Below are positions 23,865 through 36,050 of a stretch of DNA of 64,000 nucleotides, piece after piece; positions within the stretch are counted from its first letter, which is position 1, and every line of letters starts with the position of its first letter. This stretch comes from Camelus dromedarius. Lineage: Eukaryota. Under the pieces are notes generated by a model, which worked only from the letters and a program-made list of their open reading frames with translations, was not told the origin of the DNA and did not search any database. The translations under genes were made by a program, and so were the position numbers. The DNA lies in contig NC_087437.1 of the NCBI RefSeq assembly GCF_036321535.1, positions 45,820,001-45,884,000 on the forward strand. The letters are read 5' to 3'.

Positions 23865-26800
23865 GCCACCTAGCCAGTATAAAGAGGAAACCCATGGCCT
23901 TAAATGACTGGTTCAGTCCTCCGCTGGGCAGCGTGCAAAGCAGACACAAGGAGGGACAACCCTGATCACAGTGATTCTAGGCTATTAGCTGCTGCACCAC
24001 AGCCTCTGGGCACTCACTTCATCACCTCCCAGGGGCTAGATAATTTGATATTCACCTCCACACAAGCACACCGTGAAAAAAATCTATTTTCTAGCCAAGC
24101 TCTTACAATAATGAGGCCTGACGCTGCCTCTTCCCTCGCACTGGCACTGGAAGCGGTCCTCATCATCGTTCCAAGGCTCTGAAAATTTGCTTCCTGTCTA
24201 ATGAGTTTACATACTTGTCTTTACCGCACAATCTGAACTCAGATCCATTTTTCTGCCTTTTGATAGGAAACATGTTTGTCATCAATGTATTTTGTTTCCA
24301 CTAAATACAAGATTCACTGTGGCAATTATCCAAGGCCATAATCAGCTGAAGTGGCGGCGAAGTGTTTAAGTTAAAATAGAGAAGTTGTTGAGTTTCATTA
24401 ATATGCACATAAACACGTTACAAGTGCCGCGGCAGGAAGTGCTGTGCCTCAGACAGCTGCCGGCGTGAGCCAGACGGCAGGCGTGCGCAGAGGGGCTGCG
24501 TTCAGTGATCACTGCCTTTTCTGAAAAAGACGAAGAATTTAGTATGCTGCAATATTGAACCTGACAATTAAAAACCACAAAACGTGTAATTTTAGGAGAA
24601 ATAAAACCTTTCAAATGCATGTGAGTATTTATTGCTGTTTATTTTCTCCTTTCTGGAAAACAGTAAAATAATAATAAAAAGAGAATGCGTGGGGAAAAAA
24701 AATACCCTTTTCCTCTAACACAAACTGAAATTACTCCATATCTTGATTTGTAACAGGGCATTCTTTCACAGAAAAGGTAAATCAACGTATGCATAGTCTT
24801 TAGGTAATTAGAAAAAGGAACAGAGTTTTGGTTTTGTTTTCTTCATTCCATTATTTTTAATACCCCAATTTAGATACATACTTTGTCCAAATAGATTAGT
24901 GTGGTGTGGGGACATTTAAAGGACCTTGGAGAAGGTAACAAGGGACATGAGCAGCCCCAAAATACATGAAGGAAGAGGAGTAATTCTGACAGCGTGTGGT
25001 AAATCCTAGGATTTGGGTAGAGCAGAACCCCGAAAAGCCCTGGGCTTTAGGTTCAGGACTGTCGTGACACTCTTCAGAGAGATGCAGCTGCTCCCCACTG
25101 CGGGAGGGGCCGCTTCTTCCTGCTGAAGACTTTACGGCACGTTGCAGGATGTCAGTACTAACTACACACTCTGCGTCATCCAGTCACTGTGACGACAGCC
25201 TGCCTGTTCCCCAGTGCCTCCAGGGCAGTGTAAGAGGCCCTCTGCTTGAGAACCACTCCAGTAAAAGTGAAAGGGAGAGAGAAAGATCCCAAGCTGATTG
25301 CTGCTAACGTATCAAAATCAGTGGGTTTTTAAGTAGATCTTTCTTACAGTCATTTGACTGACACTGACCTTCTCCATCTTTGTGGACACTGAATTGTCAC
25401 TGTAAGTGAACCATCATTGTACAAGTGTTTTGAGGGGAACCCAGGGAGAGGAAATGCTAGTAGTTTCCGAACAGTGGGGAGCTATAGGATACAGGGCGAA
25501 GGACCTTAGACAGCTGTCACCATGTCACCGCCACGACCACCACCACATTAACAAGGCCAAATGTTAAGATGCCTCCCAACATGTCAGTTCCTCAAGGTCA
25601 TGGCCATTTACTTGGCCCAACACTGAGCACCCTTACCAGCAGCTGCTGTTAATGCAAAATGTACATTTTGGCCATCAGTCAGTTCTTTTCTAAGTTTCGT
25701 AATTCTGTACATACCTTTTGATAACCAGATAGGCAATACAAATTATTACCACTACATAATTAAAAAACAAAACAAAACAGAATTTTAAAGACCACAAGAT
25801 TTGCCCGAGGTTGTTCAAATTATTACTTTCAGAACCAGATTTCTACTACCCAACATACTCTCAGTGAATAATTAATTGGAGAAAATATTAACCAGGACCA
25901 CATATTAGTACGTGGATCTTTTCTCACTGACTCAGCTTATGAAGCAACGGAACATTACTGCATATACCGCAGGTCTAGTCCCTGCTCTCTAAAATTCATG
26001 TCTTGTATCACTGGCTTGATATTTATTAACAGCTGTTAAATATTTATTTACTTTTACTTGCTACACTTTGGGTAAGTCACCTGCCATCTCCTGGCCTCAG
26101 CCTTTTCATCTATCAAAAAATAACACAGCAGTTAAGTTTAAAGGTTATCTCCATATTCCTTCCAATTCTAAAATTCCTGTGTCAAGATCATCAGAGTATA
26201 TAACCTGTCACCTTAACGTTCTCATCAAAACATTTCAAATGTCTTAATGTTAATTCTTCTTAGGTCTTTAAGCTCAGTCTTGACATTCCATGTAGGTTTA
26301 TAATTTTGAGTATTTATGCAAAATGTATTTTTAATTTCATCCTAAATGTATTGTCATTATTTTGTAATTTACTGTTCTCACTGTCTTAGTAAATGCACAG
26401 ATAAGTTGTTAATGGAGACTGATTTGAAGTCCCATAAGTAATTAGGTTAACCTATCTTGACGATAAGCATGATTCATTTTTTTCCCATTATCAAAGTTTT
26501 TAAGAAGTTGGCTAAATGACTTTGAATAAGTGATAGCTAAGGGTAATAAAGGGAGGCTGACAATAACATAGTTTGGATTTGTAGGAACCCAAAATTCTAC
26601 TGAATTTGCATAACAGTAACCCCTAGAAAGCATAACCTAGTAAATAAACTAACGGATCCAAATTAATTAAACATTAGTTGTAGAAACAAAACCATTATGT
26701 AATTGCATCCATATTTCCCTCAACAGATAAGCACTGCCACAGTCCCAGAATCTTTGCCTTTCCCTGACAAATGACAATATTTAACATCTGCAGAGTGTGT

Positions 26801-28853
26801 CACGCCTTTGTATGATTTTGGTTAATCCTCATAGCAACCCTGTTAAATCTGCACTGTAATTCTCGTTGCAAATGAGGCACTGGTTTCTGACAGGTCAGGT
26901 GAACCACACAGAGCTCCACTCACTCCACCCCAGACCCCCTCCATTCAAAGATCACAGCCATTAACTGGTGGAGCGTTGGCCCCGCCCGAGCCCCCAGTTG
27001 GTGCAGATGTGAACAGCTGATTGAGCAGACGAAATCCTTACCCATGTGAACATCGCCAACATTGGATCTTACTGACTAATCATGAGTTGCCATGTTTATT
27101 TCACTTATTTGTTCTTTCCTTCACTAAACCTAAAAAGAGTTCTGACTACTGACCAGGTCTTCTCCTATGTGTAAATGATACAACATAAACTAGTCCAGTT
27201 GATTCATTCAGTCATTCAGGGAGCCATTCATTCAAAACACATGGTAGGATCTGGAAATATAAAAAATGAAACAGAATGGTCCTTGCTAGGGAGGAGCTTG
27301 TGGTTGTGTAACGGCTGCTTCCACAGTTGTCAGTTTAATGTGTAATGAACACAGCATTCAAATGCTTTCCTCATACTCCAGGCAGCACCTTCTTCATGAA
27401 CTTCCTTCCTGCCTCCACGGTGATGATGACGCAAGGATTCTCAGATCATTCCTTTCAGATTTACTAAGATGTTTTCTATTTTCTCTCAGTTAAATCTGTG
27501 TATTCAAGAAGTAATCTTCACACTAAAGAACTCTAATTTCATTTTGGAACACAGTATTGAAAGTGAAGCAACACCACTTCGTGCTTCTTCTCTAAAGTGC
27601 TGTCATTACCTGTCAAGAAGTAATTTTAGAGAATTTCTTTTAAGGGAAAGTAAGAAATTTATAAAAATGTCATCAAGGTACAATAGACTTTAGAGGGGAA
27701 ATTTTTAAGTGAATTGAGATTGAAACCTCCTTGGGTCTTTCTGACTACAACTGTTTACCTATAATGTGTCAAAACCAAATGATCACCACAGTATAATTTA
27801 TACTTGGACTTTTATTATACTCTGCCCTTGCAGATTTTTAACTCAGTTTCATTTGGCATAGGGTTGCTGAGAGGCACACATAAAAATCAACTCATTCTTC
27901 CTCTCTCCCAACACAGTTGAATATGGAAACAGTTTACTTTGTAAACTCAGGCAGAATTAATGACTTTCAGGAAAAGTAACTTCAAAGCATCAGACATGAA
28001 TGCCATTTGACCAAGTGATAAAAAAGTAGAATTAAAAAAAAACAAACCACAAACTTCATTTCTAACCCTGAGCTCCCCTCCAGTCTACCCCATTCCACAG
28101 GGTGAAAGGAGGAAGTACCCTAGAACTCTGTGCAGGTCTCACCACCCTCCTCCCCTCTGTGGGACACAGTTCCAGGCCCTTCAGATATGCCAAAGCCTGC
28201 GGACAGATGTGTTTTTCAGATGATCCTTTGTTGCTGTGAGAGATTTTCCCTAAGTGTATGGTCTCTTTAGAGCTAGCGCTGCTCTCTTGCTTCCAGGCTC
28301 TTCTGGGGACGCAGGACTCTTTTGCTTGGCTGTGCAGGTTCCACCTGCCTAGGCTCAGCTTAGAGCCACTCCTCTCAGGATATCACGGACCACACAGTCG
28401 CATTGTCTGCAAGCAGGAAACAGTCTCTTCTGCCCTTGGAACCCGCAGAGCTTTCCCTCTTAACAGTCGCTCTCTCACCACGTGCTCCCCAGCCCCCTGC
28501 CACTAGCCATGAAGTCTGGAGAAAATCTTCCTCTCTTCACGTTTCTTTGCAATTCTCTCATGATGACCAAAAATCCACTAAGTTCTCCTAAGAATTTGAG
28601 CTTCTGTGTAATAAAACGCAGAAAGACTTGGAGAGTCTCTCTGTTTTCTGCTTGGCCAGATGCCTTCCCTGAGGCAACGAACACAGAGCTAGCCACCTGC
28701 TGGAACGAAAGTGAGGGGTAGACGTAGCTTGGGAACTCGAAATATTACCCAGCAATAACCACAGCTGCTGAGCGGTAGGAGGAGGAGTGACTCCTAATCC
28801 TGTCTTCCTCAACATTTCATCTTCTGTAAAACAGAGTTTTAAAACAGAGATAC

Positions 28854-29062
28854 AGTGGAGTATGGCAGGCAGAATAATGTGCCCCCAAGATGTCCACATC
28901 CACACCCCCAGGCCCTGTGAATAAAGTGTGCTACATGGCAAAGAGAAACTGAGGTTGCAGGCAGAATTAGAGCTGACCTTACCAGCTGGCCTTAAAATAG
29001 AGAGCTTACCCTGGGTTAGTCCAGCCCAATGTAAATAAAGGGTCCTTTAAAAGTGGAAGATA
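28854..29062 (+). mobile_element. MLT1D-type LTR 5' fragment
   Basis: ggcaggcagaataatgtgcccccaagatgtccacatc...tacatggcaaagagaa...gggtcctttaaaagtggaaga. Confidence 0.7.
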
Positions 29063-30930
29063 AAACTTCTGGTTTCCAGTCCCACGCAGAAGCAGCTTGG
29101 AAGTTACTGCTCTGTCCTAACCAGTAAAACGCTGAACAGACTGAAAAGCTCAGCAACTCTTCTTGGCTCCATAAGAGAGACGAGGAGACAGGTAAAAGGA
29201 TGGAGAGACAGACAGGGAGAACCTGGGAGTCATAGCTTACGGAGGCAGACGCATAGGAGCGGAAATAGCTGGGGCACCCAGGGCCGAGGAAAACCCGAGC
29301 TGTGACTGATGTACTGCTGGAGGCTCAGTGAGGAGAGGTTTGAGAGTCAGAAGCCCCAGGGAGACCTAGTCACAGGGGATCCCCACACTTTGGCGTGTTT
29401 TATCCAAAGGAGTTCAATGAGGTTTTCACGGTAAAAATCGGAGAAAAATTCCCTTGTGCTTCTGGCAGGGGGAGGGAAAAGAAATAATTTTGAAACACGC
29501 CAGAGCACTCTGTTCTTCTTAAGGCCTGCCCTCAGAGTCTAACCTTCTGGGGGAAGGAAAATACCCAACTCAAGCCAGCTCTAGCCATCCTGTCCCACCT
29601 GAGTGGGGAGCAAAAGACTGAAAAACACTTGTGGAATTCACAGTCCACAGGCACATACGCATTAAAATATTGAGACCTAGTCAGAGGGTTACAGAAGGCT
29701 TCCCTTCCTCCCACACCTCACTCACGGTACCAAAAAGCCTGTTCACAGCAGTTAATTTCACTCCATGTATCATGTCTGGCTACGAAGAAAAATTTACCAG
29801 GCATACTGAAAGCCAAAAAACACAATTTGAAGCGATAAAGTATTACAATCAGACATGGCAGAGGTTTTGGAACTGTCAGATGGAGAATTCAAAATACTAT
29901 GATTCATATGCTAAGGGCTCTGCTGGATAAAGTAGACAACATGCAAGAATAGGTGGGGAATGTAAGCAGAGGTGATGCAGATTCTAGGAAAGAAATAAAG
30001 AGAAAAGCTGGGCATCAGAAACACTGTAACATAAATAAGGTCTTTGATAGGCTCATCAGTAGACTGAACATACCCAAGGAAAGAATCTCTGAGCTTGAAG
30101 GTGTCTCAGTAAAAGTAAAAACCTATAGAACTGAAAAGCAAAGAGAACAAAGGCTGAAAAAAAAAAAAAAAAAAAAAACAGAACAGAATATCCAAGGACC
30201 GTAGGACAACTATATAAAGTGTAACACACATATAATGGGAGTAGCAGAAAGAGAAGAAAGGGAAAAAGAAAGAAGAAATATTTGAAACAGTAATGACTGA
30301 GATTCCCCCAAATTAATATCAGACACCAAACCACAGATTCAGGAAGCTTAGAAATCACAAAGCAGGATAAATGCCACTCCCACCCCCCACCCCCCGAAAC
30401 GAAAAAACCCTCCACCTAGGTATATCATTCTCAAACCACAAAAAAACAAAGATAAACAAAAAATCCTGAAGGAAGTCAGAGAAAAAATACACCTTACCTA
30501 AAGAGGAACAAAGACAAAACTTCAGTTCAACTTCTCAGAAATCAGGCAAGCAAGAAGAAAATGGAATGAAATATTTAGAGTTGAGGAAAAAAAAAAAAAC
30601 ACAGCAATGCAGAATTCTGTACCCTGCAAAAGAGTCCTTAAAAAGTGAGGCAGAAATAAAAACTTCTTCATGCAAACAAAAATTGAGGCCAGTAGACCTC
30701 ACTTGCAAGAAATGTTTTTAAAAAGGTATTTATACAAAAAGGAAAATGATATAGCTCAGAAACTCAGATCTACAAAAAGAAAGAGTATCAGAAAGATATT
30801 AAGAGACGGTAAAATAAAAACTTTTTCTTAATTTTAATTGATGTAACAGGTGTTTGTCAAAATAATAATAGCAATAATGTACTCAATTTTGTACACTTAC
30901 ATATATCATCTATGTGCATACACACACACA

Positions 30931-31148
30931 GAGTTGACCCTTGAAGAACATGGGTTTGAACCGCACAGGCCCACTGGTATGCAGATTTTTTCCACTAAAT
31001 ATGTGTTATAATACTACATGATCCACAGTTGGTTGAATCTGCAGATGCAGAACCTCAGTTATGGAGGGCTGACTATAAAGTTACACGTAGATTGTTAACT
31101 GCACGGAGGGCAACACCCCTACCCCCTGTGTAGTTCAAGGGTCAACAG
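30931..31148. mobile_element. Tigger2-derived MITE (MER8-like)
   Basis: Terminal inverted repeats gagttgacccttgaa...ttcaagggtcaacag; inserted in a (CA)n/(TG)n context. Confidence 0.8.
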
Positions 31149-31371
31149 TGTGTGTGTATGTGTGTATAATGTATCTATGCTTATATAGAAGTAAAATGGA
31201 TGACAGCAATAATATAAGGGGTGGGAGGAATTAGAATTATTTTTGTTATTATAAGTTACTCACAATGCCTGTGAAGTGGTACAGTGTTATTTGAGGGTCG
31301 ACTTGAATTTGTTATAAACGTATATATTGCAAATTCTAAGCAACCACTGGAAAAAAAAATTTTTTTTAAAG

Positions 31372-31681
31372 TAGTCATCCCTGTAATCTGTGGGGGATTG
31401 GTTCCAGGACCCCCTACAGATACCTAATATCCAAGAATGCTCACATCCATTTTATAAAATGGTGTAGTATTTGCATATAACCTACACACATCCTCCTGTA
31501 TACTTTAAGTCATCTCTAGACTACTTATACCAAATACAATGTAAATGCTATGTAAATAGATGCCAGCATAAAGCAAATTCAAGTTTTGCTTTTTGAAACT
31601 TTCTGGAATCTCTTTGAGTCATTTTGATCTGCAGTTGGCTGAATCCTCCGAGGTGAAACTTTGGATAAGGAAGGCTAACTC
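31372..31681. mobile_element. MER2-type Tigger MITE
   Basis: agtcatccct...gggggattggttccaggacccc...ttataaaatggtgtagtatttgcatataacctacacacatcctcc...ttggctgaatcc. Confidence 0.82.
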
Positions 31682-31850
31682 TACAACTGATGTGCTAATT
31701 AAAACCATAAAAGGCAGAATAGGAGTGGAAGACAAAAGCAGAACAAAGAACAAGGGCAACAAACAGAAAATAGTAATGAAAATGGTAGATAATAATCCAG
31801 CTATATCAATAATCACTCTGAATGTTAATGGTTTAAATGCACCAACGAAA

Positions 31851-32600
31851 AGTTTTTTACGTAAGCAACAAAGGCAAAACAGTTTTTACATTAGCAACAA
31901 AGGCAAAAATAAACAAGTTGTACTACATCAAACTAAAAAGTTTTGCACAGCAAATGAAACAATTCGCAAAATGAAAAGGCAGCCTATGGGATGGGAGAAA
32001 ATATTTGCAAACCACATATTCAATAAGGGATTAATATCCAAAATATATAAGGAATTCATACAGCTCAATGGCAAAACAAACAAACAAAAGAGATATTTGT
32101 GCTCCCGTGTTCACTGCAGCATTATTTACAGTAGCCAAGATTTGTAAACAACTTAAGTGATAAATAAAGAATATGTGATATATATTTATGTGATCTTAGT
32201 TATATGTGGAATCTAAAAAAAAAAAAACAGTCAAACTCATAGTAACAGAGTAGAATGGAGTCTACCAACGGACGAGGGATGGGGAAAAGGGGAGATGTTG
32301 GTCAAAGGGTACAAATTTTCAGTTATAGATGAGTAAGCTCTGGAGATCTAATGTACAGCATGGTGACTATAGTTAATAATAATGTATTATATATTTGAAA
32401 TTTGCTAAGAGAGTAGATCTCAAGTGTTCTCATCACAAACTCAAAAAAGGTAACTATGTGAGGTAAAGGATATATTAATTAGTTACATTCATTAGCTTGA
32501 TTATCATAAACATTTCACAATGCACACATATATCAAAACATCATGTACATCTTAAATATACACAATTTTGTCAAACATACCTCCACAAATCTGGGGGAAA
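31851..32600 (+). mobile_element. Younger L1 (L1MA9-like) 3' fragment nested in the older L1 ORF2 start
   Basis: KKFCTANETIRKMKRQPMGWEKIFANH plus 3'UTR gggagatgttggtcaaagggtacaaa...ggagatctaatgtacagcatggtgactatagttaataat. Confidence 0.82.
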
Positions 32601-34607
32601 TAAACAGAGATTGTTGGAGTGGATCAAAAAAGATCCAATTATATGTTGTTTACAAGAAACCCACTTTAATTATAAAGACACATAGATTAAAGGGAACGGA
32701 TGGAGAAAAATATACCATGCTCACAGTAATCAAAAGAAAGCAGGAGTAGCTATATTAATTTCAGACAAAGCAGACTTCAAAGCAAGGAAAGTTATTAGGG
32801 ATAAAGAAGGGCATTACATAATAATAAAATGATCAATCCTTCAAGAATACATAACAATGCTTAACATGTATTTGTCTAATAGTAGAGCATCAACTATGTG
32901 AAGCCAAAAGTGATGGAACTCCAACGAGAAATGGATGAATTCACTATCATAGTTGGAGAAGTCAACACCCCTCTATCAGAAATGGACAGATCTAGCAGGT
33001 AGAAAATCAGTAAGGACATAGTTGAACTCAACACCACCATCAATCAGCTAGATGTACAGACAACAACATCTATAGACAACTTCATCCAACAGTAGGATAC
33101 ACATTCTTCTCAAACTCACATGGTACAGCCACTTTGGAAGATAGTTTGGTGGTTTATTACCAAATGAAATGTACCCTTACCATATGAGTCAGTAATCACA
33201 TGAACTGATTTTTACCTAAAGGATTTGAAAACAAATGTCCATACAAAAATCTGCACAGGGATGCGTACAGCAGCTTTATTAACAACTGCCGAAACTTAAA
33301 AGCAACCACGATGGCTTTCAGCAGATAAATCAATAAACTATCTGTGGTACCTCAAGACAATGCAATATTATTCAGCACTAAAAAGAAATGAATTATCAAG
33401 CCATGAAAAGATACGGAGGAAACTTAAATACATATTACTAACTAAATGAAAGAAACCAATCTGAAAAGGCTACATACTACATGATTCCAACTATATGGCA
33501 TTCTTAGATATGACACTAAATAATGATTGCTTAAAAAATGACAGTAGATGTCATCAAAATTAAGAACTTTTGCTTTCAGAAAGACACTGCTAAAAAAAAA
33601 AAGTATCTGATAAAACACTCATATCCAGAATATAAAAAAAACTATCAAAGTCCAATAAAAAGGAAACAAACATCCCAATTAAATAATGGGCCAAAGTTTG
33701 GCACAGACACTGCCATAGAAGATACATGGCTGACAAATGAGCACATGAAAAGATATTCAGTCATTAGGGAAATGCAAATTAAAAATCACAATGAGATACC
33801 AGTATACAATTATTAGAATGGCTTTTTAAAAAAGCTTAATTAACCATTACAAATGCTGACATGGTTGTGGAGCAACAGCAGCTCTGATTCAATTGTGGTG
33901 GGAATAAAAATATGGTACAGCCACTTGGCAAAAACAGTTGGCTGTTACTTCCCACTTCTATGCATTTACTCCACTGAAGCGAAAAGTTTGGTTCACACAA
34001 AAAACCTGAACATAAATGTTTATAGTAGCTTTATCCATTATCGCCAAAAATTGAAAACAACCAAAATGTCCTTCAACAGGTGAATGGATTTAAAAAACTG
34101 TGGCAAATCCATATAGTGGAATAACAGTCAGCAATAAAAAAGGGAACGAACTATTGATTCACTGAACAAAATGAATGAATCATATATGCATTTTAAAAAA
34201 TGGAAAGAAAGCAGACTTAAAAGGCTGTATTATTTCATTTATATGACATTCTAGAAAAGGCAAAACTATAGGAATGGAAAACAGATCCGTGATTGAGGGC
34301 TGAGTTGTGGGGAGGAGTTGACTAGAAAGTGGCTATACAGGAAGTTTTTGGGGTAATGGAACTGTTTGTGGTATTTTGGTGGTTGGTATATAAATGACTA
34401 TGCATTTATCAAAACCCACGAATTTTACTTTATGCAAATTAAGAAATAGTTCAACTAGGATGTCAGGCTGAAAAATAAATCCAATTATATTACACAGGCA
34501 AGACTTCATTGAAGGGGTAGGAATAAAAGGAACTTCCCTAAGTAACTTTGGATAGCACTGCTTTGGCTAGATACTGTAAGGGTGAAGAGCTATACAAAAA
34601 ACCCGTA

Positions 34608-34952
34608 CATCGACCAAACCTCCCCCATCGGCAGGAACACCCGCTCAACCGTGAAGAGCAGCATTCTCCTGGCATCAACAGGACAGCTCCTTAAAAGAGA
34701 ACATTCCTTCTTGATCTTGTGAGGGGTCGCATGACCCACCAGAATAGATCTGGATTATGTAAACTGTCAGTAGTAAGTCATTTGATGTACAGCACTGTCT
34801 CAGAAGACTTATAAAACTGTGCCTTGATTTCCAACCAGCAGAACAGTCCTCAGAGCTTTTGGAGATGCTCTTCCTGGGTTATAATCCACAAATTTGGCTC
34901 AAACAAAATTTTCCATTTCTTTCTTAGATCTACTGATTAATTTTTTGCTGAC
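34608..34952 (+). mobile_element. ERV LTR fragment (3' part)
   Basis: TATA-like ttataaaa, R/U5-like sequence ending ttaattttttgctgaca; interrupts L1 sequence. Confidence 0.5.
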
Positions 34953-35480
34953 ACTATTATGGTTCATAAATTTTGTTTTACACAGGGGCAGAGTTTAGAA
35001 ATTTTGAACATATTTACATGTAGACTAGGGTTAAATCAATACGTAAATAAATTATAGACAATGAGGGTCAGGTTACAAGAGAGAAGCAACATGTAGGCAA
35101 GGGGGAAAGGCTAGAATAAACCCAAGTAGTGCTAGAATAGAGTCAGAAATATCAGCATAAACTCATGTTTACTTTAATATATAAAAATATGTATCTCAAT
35201 TTATTTCTCTATCTTTAATACATATAAAAATATATTAAGTATATATTTATGTATAAATATATAGAGAAATAAATGAAGGTATGTAAGTGTACATGGTTTA
35301 ATCAGCTCTACCCACTGAAGGGGCCTTGAAGCAGTGACACAGTGGCAATGAACACGCCTACAGCCTAGATCTTGGTTTCTCAATGACCAAATAAGGACTA
35401 ATGCGAGCATCAAAATATATAATAATGACAGTATTGCATTCTATCCTGAAGAATAAAATAAATATCTGTAAGTCAATACC

Positions 35481-36050
35481 AGTTGAGCAGTTAAGGATTA
35501 ACCTTATCTAAAGAGATTTGGTCTTTGCCTCCAGTTCCTGATAGGTAACCTATAGGTCCTGCCTGATAAGAGTGCCTTTGTTTACTTGGAGGCACTGAAC
35601 CACCCCAGATTATCTGTGCTAACAATGTGATTTATAATGGTAGGGGCAGGGGAGGGCCTTGGGCCAGACAGTATCAGCGAAGCCTTCAAAGGGGCTGGAA
35701 ACTAAGGTCAACCATATGGGTGGTCAGCTGCATATTTGTGACCCAGCACCAATAAAACCTGGACACCAAGGTTGGACAAGCTTCCCTAGTTAGCAACAGT
35801 TCATGCGTGTTGCCACACATCTCTGCTGGGAGAAGATTCTGTACTTGGTGGCCCCTGGCCCCTGTCCTACGCACCTCTTCTCTTGGCTGATTTTAATTTG
35901 CTGTGATAAACCCTAACTGTGAGTATAATGACTTTGCTGAGTTCTGCAAGTCCTTCTAGTGAATTGCTGAACTTACAGTAGTATGGGGGACCCACATGTC
36001 TGCAAGTGGTATCAGAAGTAAGGGTGGACTTAGGGGTTATCAAACTGCAC
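35481..36050 (+). mobile_element. MER21/MER77-like LTR
   Basis: ggggctggaaactaaggtcaacca...ccaataaaacctggacaccaagg...ctgtgagtataatgactttgctgagttctgcaagtccttctagtgaattgctgaac. Confidence 0.7.

Noticed and set aside
31593..32147. Longest ORF in the window (184 aa)
   Set aside because: Chance in-frame chimera of a MER2 end, the old L1 ORF2 start and a nested younger L1 ORF2 C-terminus; starts at TTG, not a gene.
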